Of a stretch of DNA of 32,000 bases, positions 7,541 through 17,027 are shown piece after piece. Origin of the DNA: Wolbachia endosymbiont strain TRS of Brugia malayi. GTDB lineage: Bacteria; Pseudomonadota; Alphaproteobacteria; Rickettsiales; Anaplasmataceae. Numbering within the stretch: the stretch's first letter is position 1; every line of letters starts with the position of its first letter. The DNA lies in contig NC_006833.1 in NCBI RefSeq assembly GCF_000008385.1, positions 30,001-62,000 of the forward strand, written 5' to 3'. The translations under genes and the position numbers were made by a program. The notes under the pieces were generated by a model. The model saw only the letters and a program-made list of their open reading frames with translations, ran no database searches and was not told the DNA's origin.

Positions 7541-7589
7541 AGTGCTACGAAAAACTGTAACTTCTATGCTCAAAACTTTTATACTGATT

Positions 7590-8837
7590 ATGAATATGGA
7601 AAATGAGAAAGCACATATTACTAAAGTAAAATTACCGATATTTCTTGATTATCAATCTACTACTAAAGTAGATCCTCGTGTTCTAGAGATGATGATACCT
7701 TATTTTAGTGAGTTCAGTAATGCGCACTCTCGTAGCCATTCGTTTGGCTGGGCTGCTGAGGAAGTAGTGGAGAAGGCAAGGAGGCACATTGCCGATCTAG
7801 TAAATGCAGATAGCAAGGAAATTATTTTTACCTCAGGTGCGACCGAGTCAAATAACATGGCGATCAAGGGCGTTGCTCACTTTTATAAAAATAAAGGAGA
7901 TCATATAATAACTGTTTGCACGGAGCATAAGTGCGTTCTGGATTCTTGTCGGCATCTGGAAAATGAAGGCTTTAAGGTTACATATTTGCCTGTTAAGCGA
8001 AATGGAATTATAGATTTATCTAAGCTTGAGGAGGCAATAACTGATAGAACAATTCTGGTTTCAGTGATGATGGTAAATAATGAAATCGGAGTAATTCAAC
8101 CTGTAAAAGAAATTGGTGCAATATGCAGGAGACATAACGTATTTTTTCACACAGATGCTGCTCAAAGTTTTGGAAAAGTTCCAGTAGATGTAAATGGAAT
8201 GAACATTGATCTCATGAGTCTTACTAGTCACAAAGTTTATGGACCTATGGGAATAGGTGCGTTATATGTTCGTAGAAAAAGTCCTCGTGTTAGGCTAACA
8301 CCATTGATTAGTGGTGGGGGACAGGAAAGGGGTATGCGTTCTGGAACAGTTCCAACTCCTCTTGCAGTTGGTTTTGGTGAAGCAGCACGTATTGCTAAAG
8401 AAGAAATGAAAAAGGAGGCAAGCAAATTAGAAGAATTGAGGGATATTTTGTACAATAAGATAAAAGAAGCGTTTCCTGATGTTGTTTTAAATGGTGATTA
8501 TAATAATAGAATTCCAGGCAATCTAAACTTAAGTTTTCCCTATGTTGAAGGTGAGTCTCTCATCATGGCAATCAAGGATTTGGCAGTAAGTTCTGGTTCT
8601 GCATGCACATCTGCATCTCTTGAGCCTTCCTATGTTATACGATCACTAAACAGTGGCTATGACCTTGAGCATTCATCAATTAGATTTGGCCTTGGCCGGT
8701 TTACGACTAAAGACGAAATTTTATATGCGGCAGATCTTATTGCTAAAAATGTAGGGCGGCTAAGAGAAATGAGCCCACTTTGGGAAATGGTACAAGAAGG
8801 GATAGATTTAAACACTGTAAAATGGGACTCTCATTAA
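7590..8837 (+). CDS. iscS: Cysteine desulfurase IscS
   Basis: The ORF is open from 7542 (GTG). I prefer the ATG at 7590 (MNMENEK...[12 protein letters not shown]) because the IscS N-terminus normally begins just before the LDY motif. It has the PLP-lysine motif SHKVYGP and the catalytic loop [16 protein letters not shown]. Confidence 0.9.
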   Translation: MNMENEKAHITKVKLPIFLDYQSTTKVDPRVLEMMIPYFSEFSNAHSRSHSFGWAAEEVVEKARRHIADLVNADSKEIIFTSGATESNNMAIKGVAHFYKNKGDHIITVCTEHKCVLDSCRHLENEGFKVTYLPVKRNGIIDLSKLEEAITDRTILVSVMMVNNEIGVIQPVKEIGAICRRHNVFFHTDAAQSFGKVPVDVNGMNIDLMSLTSHKVYGPMGIGALYVRRKSPRVRLTPLISGGGQERGMRSGTVPTPLAVGFGEAARIAKEEMKKEASKLEELRDILYNKIKEAFPDVVLNGDYNNRIPGNLNLSFPYVEGESLIMAIKDLAVSSGSACTSASLEPSYVIRSLNSGYDLEHSSIRFGLGRFTTKDEILYAADLIAKNVGRLREMSPLWEMVQEGIDLNTVKWDSH

Positions 8838-8941
8838 ATTTTGTGGTGGGTACCCATTCAGTCAGGTGGACAAGAAAAGGTAAGCTATATTGTAATAGTA
8901 ATCTTTTACATGCATATAAATAACCTTTCTGAAAAAGTTTT

Positions 8942-10064
8942 ATGAGATTAGCTATTTTTTTAATATTTTCTTATTGAGCACAAATTGTGTTATTGCAAAA
9001 GATGAGATATAGCCTGGCTTACAAATAAAAGATAAATATAGGTGTTACCTGTAGAATAACCCAAGTAAAGAGTCTTCTCAAGGTTATTATAGAACTAATC
9101 CCATTACACGAAAGCTGTGATCTAGTTACTGGTAGTGATGGTGTATTATATTACCCAGGATGGGAGGATAAAAAACTGGATTTATCTGATAGTTATAAAA
9201 CAATTGGTAGGGTGGGTGCTGCTTGCAGAGGCTATTGTCGTAAAATTTACTTAGCAATAGATAATGTACTATATGCAATAAATGAAACTATGGTTATGTG
9301 GAAAAAAGAGTTAAAGTCTTTGGTGAAAGGAAACCCTACAATTTTTAATGATAAACTGGCAATTTCAACTTTAGATGACTGTTTGTACATGCTGGATATG
9401 AGAATGATAGTACAATCTGGTCCTATCATAAGCCCTGTCATAATGATAGTAACCAAATGACAAGGTCAGATTATGTATTTCCTGTGGTTATACACGATAA
9501 GCTAATAGTTCTATTTTCAAATTGGAGAGTTAGTAGCTTTTTTGACAAAGATAGGAAAAGTTGTGGTTTTATAAGTTACCTTCTACTAATATTTTAGACA
9601 CTCAACTTACAGATGTTACAACTGCTCCAGTAGTAAAGCTTAACATATTAATAATAACAAGTAACTCTACTGTTGTTCCAGTTGACGTAGAATTAGGAAA
9701 TCTTTTGTGTTTACAGGTCATGCAAGCAAGAAATATCAGTGATGGGATTATGTGGGGCTACACCGGAGCGGTTATCCTACATGTCATATAAGGATATTAA
9801 TAGTAACGAATTTTTTATGATAAATACAAAAAATGAGATTATGAAAATCGTATTTACTAGTAGTCAGGTAATTTGGGATACTACTTAGTGGTGAATGATG
9901 AACTAAATAATAAACTAAGAAATGCGTATTATGTTAGTCCAGTAATAGAAAATGGAAAGTTATTTATTATGAGTAATAAAGAAATCATGTTTCTATTAGG
10001 TCAAGGGCCTGGCGTGATGAAGGAAGTAATCAGCATTCCTAAGGTGTGTACCATCCTTCTGTAA
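8942..10064 (+). pseudogene. BamB-like (PQQ-type beta-propeller lipoprotein) pseudogene
   Basis: A signal-peptide-like start MRLAIFLIFSY* is broken by a stop. Propeller-like fragments lie in three frames: KIYLAIDNVLYAINETMVMWKKEL, AISTLDDCLYMLD, TTAPVVKLNILIITSNSTVVPVDVELGNLL and VSPVIENGKLFIMSNKE. ORFs 9212-9460, 9561-9791 and 9873-10064 are pieces of it. Confidence 0.45.
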
Positions 10065-10245
10065 CTCGATTCTTGTAGTTGGAGACTACTGCTTTGCGAC
10101 TGAGAAAAAAAGCTGTGTATAGATGTATTGATTTAAGTATCAGCAGATGAAATATCGCAGGTGATAAGAGGATGTTTTGTCGGTATAGCTAGTACAATCC
10201 TACACTGTGTCGCTAACAGATATCATAAGTTACTTTAGTTATGTC

Positions 10246-11400
10246 TTAACTGTATTGATAACTGACAGCTGCATTTTTGCGCAAGTTATCCAATAGCAAG
10301 TTGCTTTGTGTCATAATCTTTTGTTGATATATTTGCTGTTTAGTTGCTTCTGCGTCTACCACATTATTCTTGATATCACACAACATCATTAACCTTGCAG
10401 TACTATTTTCTCTGGATTCTATTATTTCATTTACACTTGTTTTGCTAAATAAAGCCTGTAAATCAGGGTTTAAATCCCGCATCTTTATTTCAAATTCTTT
10501 TGCGTTTGGCAAATTAAAGTTATCTGCCAATTCATCAAAGTTTAAGCAGTTAACTTTTTGTTCCTTGAGATTGTCTAATAGACTTTCTGAGTCTTTAACC
10601 ACAATCTGTTTTAATTTTAGAGTGCTTTCCAGCATTGCATGATCAAGTTGTACTTTATCTATTACTTTTACGATAGAGTAATCTTCACTGGAACTGACTG
10701 GACCTGCTATGTCGCCGGTTTTTAATCCTTCTAAAATGCTCTTGAGGTTGCCTTTTAGTTGGTTTAAATTAACAGTTACTTTACGCATCTTTATTGGAGC
10801 TTCTGGAATGAAGTCGTTATTATTATTGCGTAATTTTTCTACTAAATCTTCAGCTATACCGTAAACATCTGCATCTTTCTGATTGGGAATTATAAACTCT
10901 TGGAATGTGATAAGATAATCCGGCTTTTCTATTTGTCCTTTTGCGTTGTTTACTTCCTTGTCGCTTATGTTAATAAATGGCACAATTCTTACTTCAATAA
11001 TTTTGTCCCACAAAAGCTGACATTCTATTTGCCTCTTTAAAATGTTAAGGCCTATATTGTGCTCTTTTGCGTATTGATCAACTTCATTGTCCTTAAGTTT
11101 AAAGCTTTGAGTTAGGAATAACACGACAGCATTGCTTAACTCTTCATCACTTAATTTTATGTTTAATCTTTGTGCTTCGTTGATAATGATAATTTCGTCT
11201 ATTAGCTGCTTTAAAATTTGAAGCTTTAGTTCATTTTTATCAATACTCTGGGTGCCAAACAATGAATGTGTCAAATTAATGCGTTTTTCAATATCTAGAT
11301 TTGAGATTGGCTCGCCATTTACATCTGCAATAATTTCAATCTCGACTGCAAGCAACTTGATTGGCAATATTATCAATAATAAAATTAGTATTTTATGCAT
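10246..11400 (-). CDS. SurA-like periplasmic chaperone / SurA N-terminal domain protein
   Basis: The ORF is 386 aa from a TTG at 11406. The ATG at 11400 gives MHKILILLLIILPIKLLA, a signal peptide. The body is elongated, helical and Lys/Glu-rich, as expected for SurA/PpiD-type chaperones. Confidence 0.6.
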   Translation of the reverse strand: MHKILILLLIILPIKLLAVEIEIIADVNGEPISNLDIEKRINLTHSLFGTQSIDKNELKLQILKQLIDEIIIINEAQRLNIKLSDEELSNAVVLFLTQSFKLKDNEVDQYAKEHNIGLNILKRQIECQLLWDKIIEVRIVPFINISDKEVNNAKGQIEKPDYLITFQEFIIPNQKDADVYGIAEDLVEKLRNNNNDFIPEAPIKMRKVTVNLNQLKGNLKSILEGLKTGDIAGPVSSSEDYSIVKVIDKVQLDHAMLESTLKLKQIVVKDSESLLDNLKEQKVNCLNFDELADNFNLPNAKEFEIKMRDLNPDLQALFSKTSVNEIIESRENSTARLMMLCDIKNNVVDAEATKQQIYQQKIMTQSNLLLDNLRKNAAVSYQYS

Positions 11401-11625
11401 AAGCAAGGCTATTTAGTTCATAATCAATTCTATAATAAATATTAAGTTAATGCTAGCCAATAGGTGACCTTTAAAGATTTTTGTGGAATAGATATATTTG
11501 ATTTCCTAATATAGTATTATTATTTTACTATAAATTAACAAAGTAAATAAAAATTTTTAACATTTTCAGATTAGGTATTTTGGTCCCTTAGGTGTAACAT
11601 TGTTGAGAGATAAACTAGTTTATAT

Positions 11626-12954
11626 ATGATGAACACGGATGAAACTATTTTTGCCTTATCAACCGTATTTGGTAAGTCAGGAGTTGCAGTAATTAGGATT
11701 TCAGGTAATCATGCACTTAAAGCTTTAAATCACTTTCATGTTAATAAAGATATGAAACCAAGGTTTGCTACTTTGGTTGATCTGTATGATAGTTCCGATC
11801 AGTTGATTGATAATGGAATAGCAATTTATTTTCCTGCTCCAAACAGCTTCACTGGCGAAGATGTTATAGAATTACAAGTGCACGGAGGAAAAGCAGTCAT
11901 AAAGATCGTTTTGGAGGAATTGTCAAGAATCTTTGTCATGGCTAAGCCTGGGGAATTCTTACTTAGGGCTTTTCTGAATGGCAAGTTTGACTTAACGCAG
12001 ATAGAAGGGATTGCAGATTTAATCGATGCTGAAACAAAGATGCAAGCTAAACAAGCAATTAAGCAGATGTCAGGAGAATTGGAAAAGCTATACAGTAGTT
12101 GGAGGCAGAGATTAATAGCAGTGCAGTCCAAAATTGAAGCATATATAGACTTTCCAGAGGATGTTGCAACAGAAAAAAACGAACTGGAAAAAATCAATGA
12201 TGAAGTGCAAACTCTTGTGCAGTCAATACAAGAGCATTTGAATGATAATAGGCGGGGCGAAAGATTGCGTGAGGGTTTGCATATTGTAATAACTGGTGAG
12301 CCAAATGTTGGTAAATCAACACTATTTAATTTCTTGGCCAGGCGCGATATTGCTATTGTTTCTGAATATGTAGGCACAACAAGGGACATACTTGAAGCTC
12401 ATATTGACATTGGCGGATACCCAATCATTCTTTCTGATACTGCTGGAATTCGTGAGAGTTCAGATCCGGTGGAATCAGAAGGTATAAGTCGAGCAAAAAA
12501 GAGGTCTTGTGAAGCTGATTTGAGAATAGAGCTATTTCCTTTTGAGCAGCGTTATAACATCAATTGCAATGTTATAAGTAGTAACACTATTTACGTGTTG
12601 AGCAAAGCTGACGATGTTATCAATGATCACGATATAAAAATTAGCGACATAGATTTTTTACCTGTTTCTATTTTAAAAGGAATAGGCACAGAGAAACTAG
12701 TCTCTGTGATTAAAGAAAAAGTAGAGGAAAAATTTGTCTATGATAGAGATGTTCCTGTAATTACCCGGCAAAGGCATAGGAATTGCATGCAGAAAGCTAT
12801 AGAACATTTACGACGTTTTAATATGAACAATCCAATTGAGTTGGTATCTGAAGACTTAAGGCTTGCCGCATCTGAACTTGGTGTAGTAACCGGGATTATT
12901 AATGTTGAAGAAGTATTGGATGATATATTCAATAACTTCTGTGTAGGCAAGTGA
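11626..12954 (+). CDS. mnmE: tRNA modification GTPase MnmE (TrmE)
   Basis: 442-aa ORF with G1 [13 protein letters not shown]3 DTAGIR, G4 SKAD and the C-terminal CVGK motif. Confidence 0.9.
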   Translation: MMNTDETIFALSTVFGKSGVAVIRISGNHALKALNHFHVNKDMKPRFATLVDLYDSSDQLIDNGIAIYFPAPNSFTGEDVIELQVHGGKAVIKIVLEELSRIFVMAKPGEFLLRAFLNGKFDLTQIEGIADLIDAETKMQAKQAIKQMSGELEKLYSSWRQRLIAVQSKIEAYIDFPEDVATEKNELEKINDEVQTLVQSIQEHLNDNRRGERLREGLHIVITGEPNVGKSTLFNFLARRDIAIVSEYVGTTRDILEAHIDIGGYPIILSDTAGIRESSDPVESEGISRAKKRSCEADLRIELFPFEQRYNINCNVISSNTIYVLSKADDVINDHDIKISDIDFLPVSILKGIGTEKLVSVIKEKVEEKFVYDRDVPVITRQRHRNCMQKAIEHLRRFNMNNPIELVSEDLRLAASELGVVTGIINVEEVLDDIFNNFCVGK

Positions 12955-13001
12955 AACTTTTATGGATTGCTTGAAGTCGAATATTGTGATAAAAAAGAAG
13001 T

Positions 13002-13089
13002 GGACGGATGGCCGAGCGGTTTAAGGCACCAGTCTTGAAAACTGACGTACGTGATGAGCGTACCATGGGTTCGAATCCCATTCCGTCCG
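13002..13089 (+). tRNA. tRNA-Ser (anticodon UGA), long variable arm, no encoded CCA
   Basis: Acceptor GGACGGA/TCCGTCC plus discriminator G; D arm GCCGAGCGGTTTAAGGC; anticodon loop CTTGAAA; variable stem GTACG/CGTAC; T arm ATGGG-TTCGAAT-CCCAT. Confidence 0.9.
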
Positions 13090-13149
13090 CGTGCCACGTA
13101 TAGTATGCTTTAAGCAAGCATTGTTAGCCTGTTTTTCCCATTTAAACGT

Positions 13150-14340
13150 ATACGCTTAGTTTTATTGCAATGATTTAAAGATCTTCCGGAATATCCGATC
13201 TATTTCATTTATTGGCACAAGTTTAACTTTCGCATGTGAGCCATTCTGCTGACCTATATAAGATTAAATACCCCTTAGCTATTTGGGAAAGTTTGCGGAA
13301 ATATTGTGCATTTTTAATAAAATTGCTCTAAAACATGAACCTAGCCTTAGTTTTAATAGCATAAATGTTACTATCCCAATCTGCTAATAAATCTACCTTA
13401 TGTCCAGTTCAGTTACGCCAAAAGTATAGATTAGCAGGCAACCCCTGATTGAGACGCCTCTTAAAAATCTCCAAAACAGTCAAGTTTTCAAACAGAGCTC
13501 TTTAAGATAGTGTGTTTCTAATTGACTCTCCTTTTCAAAGTTGAGGAGTGTACAGATAAGGCTGGTGTCATAAAAGTATAATTTTGACATCTTGATTAGG
13601 CGATTGCTGAAACTTTGATGGAATGGCTGAAGAAAAAATATTAATTAGCTTCCAAGACATTCAGCCACTGTCATAAGGTTGTATGAGAAATACCACAGTC
13701 TTGGGCAAGGGATGATAGATTAAGAATCTGACCTACTCGCCTGCACACAATTTGAGGAAAGTTTGGAGTCTACCAATATTTTCAATATTTTTAAGTTGTC
13801 GAACATTTTGCTCAATGTAAATTTGGGTGTAACTGGGATAAAAATCTAATGGATACATGTTAAAACTATGTAACCTAAGATGCCCCCTTAAAAATAGCTG
13901 AGTTAATGTTTATTGGCATACCAAGCTCAGATAAGCTCAAAAGGTAATAGTGTTGTTATGTCTATGCGCCCTGGGAAAAGATCGGGAAACGTGATGACTA
14001 GAAACAAGTTTTTGAGGACCTGTTAATACATATCGACCTTTTACAGGAAACTTGTCAACTATTTCTGAAGGTACGATAATAGCTCAGGAACATGCTTTAC
14101 TTTGCCAAAACAGCACCCTGCTATAATTAGCTAAAAACGCCCTAGGATCATTTTGCGCCTAAAAACTGATATCGATATTTTCTAAAGATATGTATGGCAG
14201 GTGCTTAAACAATATTTTAGTGATAGTTATTTTACCATACTGTCTTGGTCCTATAATACTTAAAATAGAATGAAGCTTGAAAAACCTTTCTGAAACTGAA
14301 ATTATAGCACGCAAATATATAAATTGAATTTTATAGTTTC
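13150..14340 (-). pseudogene. AAA+ ATPase (DUF4143-type) pseudogene
   Basis: The minus strand reads ...KLHSILSIIGPRQYGKITITKILFKHLPYISLENIDISF*AQNDPRAFLANY...GRYVLTGPQKLV..., a degenerate Walker A (GPRQvGKTT). Stops and frameshifts occur throughout. Confidence 0.6.
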
Positions 14341-14398
14341 AATATGCAAATGTACTATAAAAGGTTAAAAACAGCAAGCACTTGAACAAATATTATGA

Positions 14399-14830
14399 TT
14401 TGAAAACAGGGAGTCAGGACTGAAAACTACTTGACAAACTCTCTGCCACCTTGTTACTATAGCACTGAAGCTAATTATTTATTTTCTCTGTACGGATTAA
14501 ACGGCAAAAAGACTTAATGTATCTATTGTCTCATGTTTAATTTTTTGCGCTATATACATCTCATTACCAACTAATGCTGTAATTCGCGCCTATCAGGTGC
14601 TTAAAAACAAAAAAAACGCCAACTGATTAAATGATAGTGAATAACTAGCTGTCACGGGGTTTCTTTTGCCTTTTTTCTTTACTTAGTAAATATCTTAATA
14701 TTTATAACTAAAGATTTACTAACAATCTCTGCCTGTTAACGGTAGCGGTATTACGTAGGAGCTGCACTAGCTATAGTATATAGAATTCCAACATGTCTAC
14801 ATCTCTGGATGAGATCGCTTGGCTTTTTGC
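14399..14830 (+). repeat. Copy C of the intergenic module (start codon of the small ORF lost)
   Basis: It is colinear with the reverse complements of copies A and D across all conserved blocks. The position homologous to ATG is ACG (14501-14503). The frame then stays open for 41 codons (TAKRLNVSIVSCLIFCAIYISLPTNAVIRAYQVLKNKKNAN*, to 14626). A degenerate tail keeps the AGCT/AGCT hairpin at 14760-14772. Confidence 0.75.
14431..14460 (+). promoter_or_regulatory. Sigma70-like promoter inside module copy C
   Basis: TTGACA at 14431-14436, an 18-nt spacer, then TACTAT at 14455-14460. Confidence 0.4.
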
Positions 14831-14875
14831 CATATAATATTAATATATTATTGTTATTTTTGAGTTGGGGTACAT

Positions 14876-16944
14876 ATGGCTAGAAACTACTATGAAATAC
14901 TAGAATATGTTGCTCCAGAAGAAATAAACAAAGCTTATAAAAGATTAGGATTGAAATGTCATCCTGATAAACTTCTACCTAAAAAAAGAAAGATATCAAG
15001 AATTGTTAAAAAAGCGATTAATGGTGCTGCTTTATCTAAGCTTGAGTTGGAAGAGATGCAAAGTCTGTAATGTTGTTCCTAGAAGTTCAAGGGGCATATA
15101 AGGTGTTATCTAATCTAAAGAAAAAAAAGATATGATAAAATAATTATAAAAGAAAAATATAGTAACACCTGGTGATTTATTTTCAGGTTATATAAGGAAA
15201 CAGCCATACGATTTCTTGTATCAACCAATTCTTGAGAATAATCTAGGATCTGTATGTATGGTAGTAGAAGAATTTAGCATCGATATTAACGTTAAATATG
15301 ATTATGTATATTAGCATTACTTCAATTGATTATGTGATTAAGAAAAATCATGTGCAAATTATTGATTGTTTGATCAGCAAAGGAACGAAAGTATCTCTTA
15401 TTGACACTTTACGCCTTGCTATCAAATTAAATTCTTATGAAACTGCGGGCTTGCTGTTAGAAAGTGTGATGTAAACGATATTAATATGCAAAATAGTGAC
15501 AGAAATACGATTTTCATTATTTTTTTAAATATTTTAATAACCCTGGTTCTGGTGGTTTTGTTTTTAAGCAAACGTCGTTTAACTTTGGTGCTTTTAATTT
15601 TTTTATCGACCTTCTTCCAAAACATCTTCTTTCAAAAACAGTAGTGACACTAATGTTAAGAAGAAATGCAAGATAGTAACGCCAGTTGTAATACAGGTCC
15701 TTTCTATAAGGGTGTGATTAAATTTCTTAATCAGTTTCAGTCCCGAGTAAACTCAGAACAATCTAGAGAAGACTATGTAAAAGAGAGTATAATTATATCC
15801 CTTGAGGATGCTATTTCCCCTTTTTACTCACTAGTAGATAAAGGTGTATGTTACACTATTCCAAATAGTGAACGTATAACGCTGCTTGATATATGTGTTA
15901 ACCAGCTTGTAGATAATCATAGAAAAATAGTTCATGGAGTGATTCTCCTTTTATCGCGGTTGCGTAGAAACAGAAAAAGCATGCTATTCAATGATAAGTA
16001 TTTTTGTTGAGAAAGGAATTGTGGAATTAAAGGATGAAAACGGTACTCCTATATCACACAAAATTATAAAACATAATATTTATCCGCACATAGAAAATAA
16101 AATAAATGTTAGCTTAATGGAAGAGGATAGCAATGGCAAAAACTTGTTAGTTAAAGGATGTTGTGATATTTCTACTATAGAATCTTTAATTAAAATGGAG
16201 TAGAATAAATACTCCTGATTCTCTAGGATAAACTTTGCTGCATCAAGTTATTTTGGAATATTGTGACAGTGTTGAGGGAATAGATTAAGTTTTGAACCTA
16301 AAGAGATAAATGAACGTTTTTATCCCAAGTTAGAGGCATTAATAAAAGGTGGGACAAAAATTAATGCTAAGGACAGTAATGGCAAATCTCCAATAGCTCT
16401 ATTGGTAGATGTGAAAGTATGAAGAAAGGTGTTGCTTATTCTGCTAGGAAAAATCAGATGTACTTAAGAATTCATTAGAAGTTTTAGGGGTAAAACAAGA
16501 AGAGGAAAATACCTGAAGGTAAATAGGAGCAGCGTGAAATACCAGTTTCAGATCAAGCAAATAATATCCAAAATGGTGATGTATAGCCAAGTGACGTGAA
16601 AGAAGAAAAAATACCTAAAAATAAGCAGGAGCAGTTAGGTCAACCTAAAATACCGGTTTCAAGTCAAGTGAGTAACACTCAAAACAATAATCAGCAGCCA
16701 AATCTGCAAAGTGAAAATGGGAGCAAGCTGCCTATTGCGGCTGCTTCTATGCTAGCAATAACCGGAATTGCTTTTAGGGGTAGCTATTGCAGTTTACCTA
16801 GAAATGTTAGCAGTAGAAATAGCAATCGGGGTTTATTATCTTGTTGCTACTACAATCCCATATCATTGTAATGGGCCCTCAAAGTCGCTTAGAAATAGCA
16901 AGATCCAGGAGGTTTCTGGAAACATTCCACAACCCACTTCATAG
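14876..16944 (+). pseudogene. Decayed J-domain / ankyrin-repeat / C-terminal TM protein gene(s)
   Basis: A J-domain start (YYEILEYVAPEEINKAYKRLGLKCHPDK) is interrupted and continues out of frame as FLEVQGAYKVLSNLKKK..RYD. Ankyrin-like pieces include IKKNHVQIIDCLISKGTKV and LIKGGTKINAKDSNGKSPIALL. A tandem repeat carries in-frame TAGs. TM-like segments end at TAG 16942-16944. ORFs 15666-16010, 15991-16203 and 16596-16871 are fragments. Whether this was one ancestral gene or several is uncertain. Confidence 0.5.
16494..16705 (+). repeat. Two-unit tandem duplication of about 95-105 bp inside the decayed gene
   Basis: Unit 1 (about 16494-16594) and unit 2 (about 16596-16705) share AAGAAGA(G/A)(G/A)AAAATACCT..GGAGCAG..AAATACC(A/G)GTTTCA(G/A)(A/G)TCAAG. 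Unit 2 encodes KEEKIPKNKQEQLGQPKIPVSSQVSN. Unit 1 has in-frame TAGs. Confidence 0.6.
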
Positions 16945-17027
16945 AATCAAAAGGACTCATTAAAACATTTTTTTACTTTTCATCGTATATTTCTCAACAT
17001 ATTATCTTTAAGTACTAATATAATAAT

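Noticed and set aside
11826-12389. 187-aa minus-strand ORF antisense to mnmE. Similar antisense ORFs occur at 5573-5935, 804-998, 3363-3650, 24159-24491 and 20925-21209.
   Set aside because: Each lies wholly inside a well-supported gene with clear catalytic motifs on the other strand, and none has a motif of its own.
12929-13117. 62-aa minus-strand ORF.
   Set aside because: It overlaps the tRNA-Ser gene, and its GC-rich open frame is explained by the tRNA.
15422-15625. 67-aa Lys/Arg-rich minus-strand ORF.
   Set aside because: It lies antisense within the decayed ankyrin region. Its low-complexity composition comes from A/T runs.
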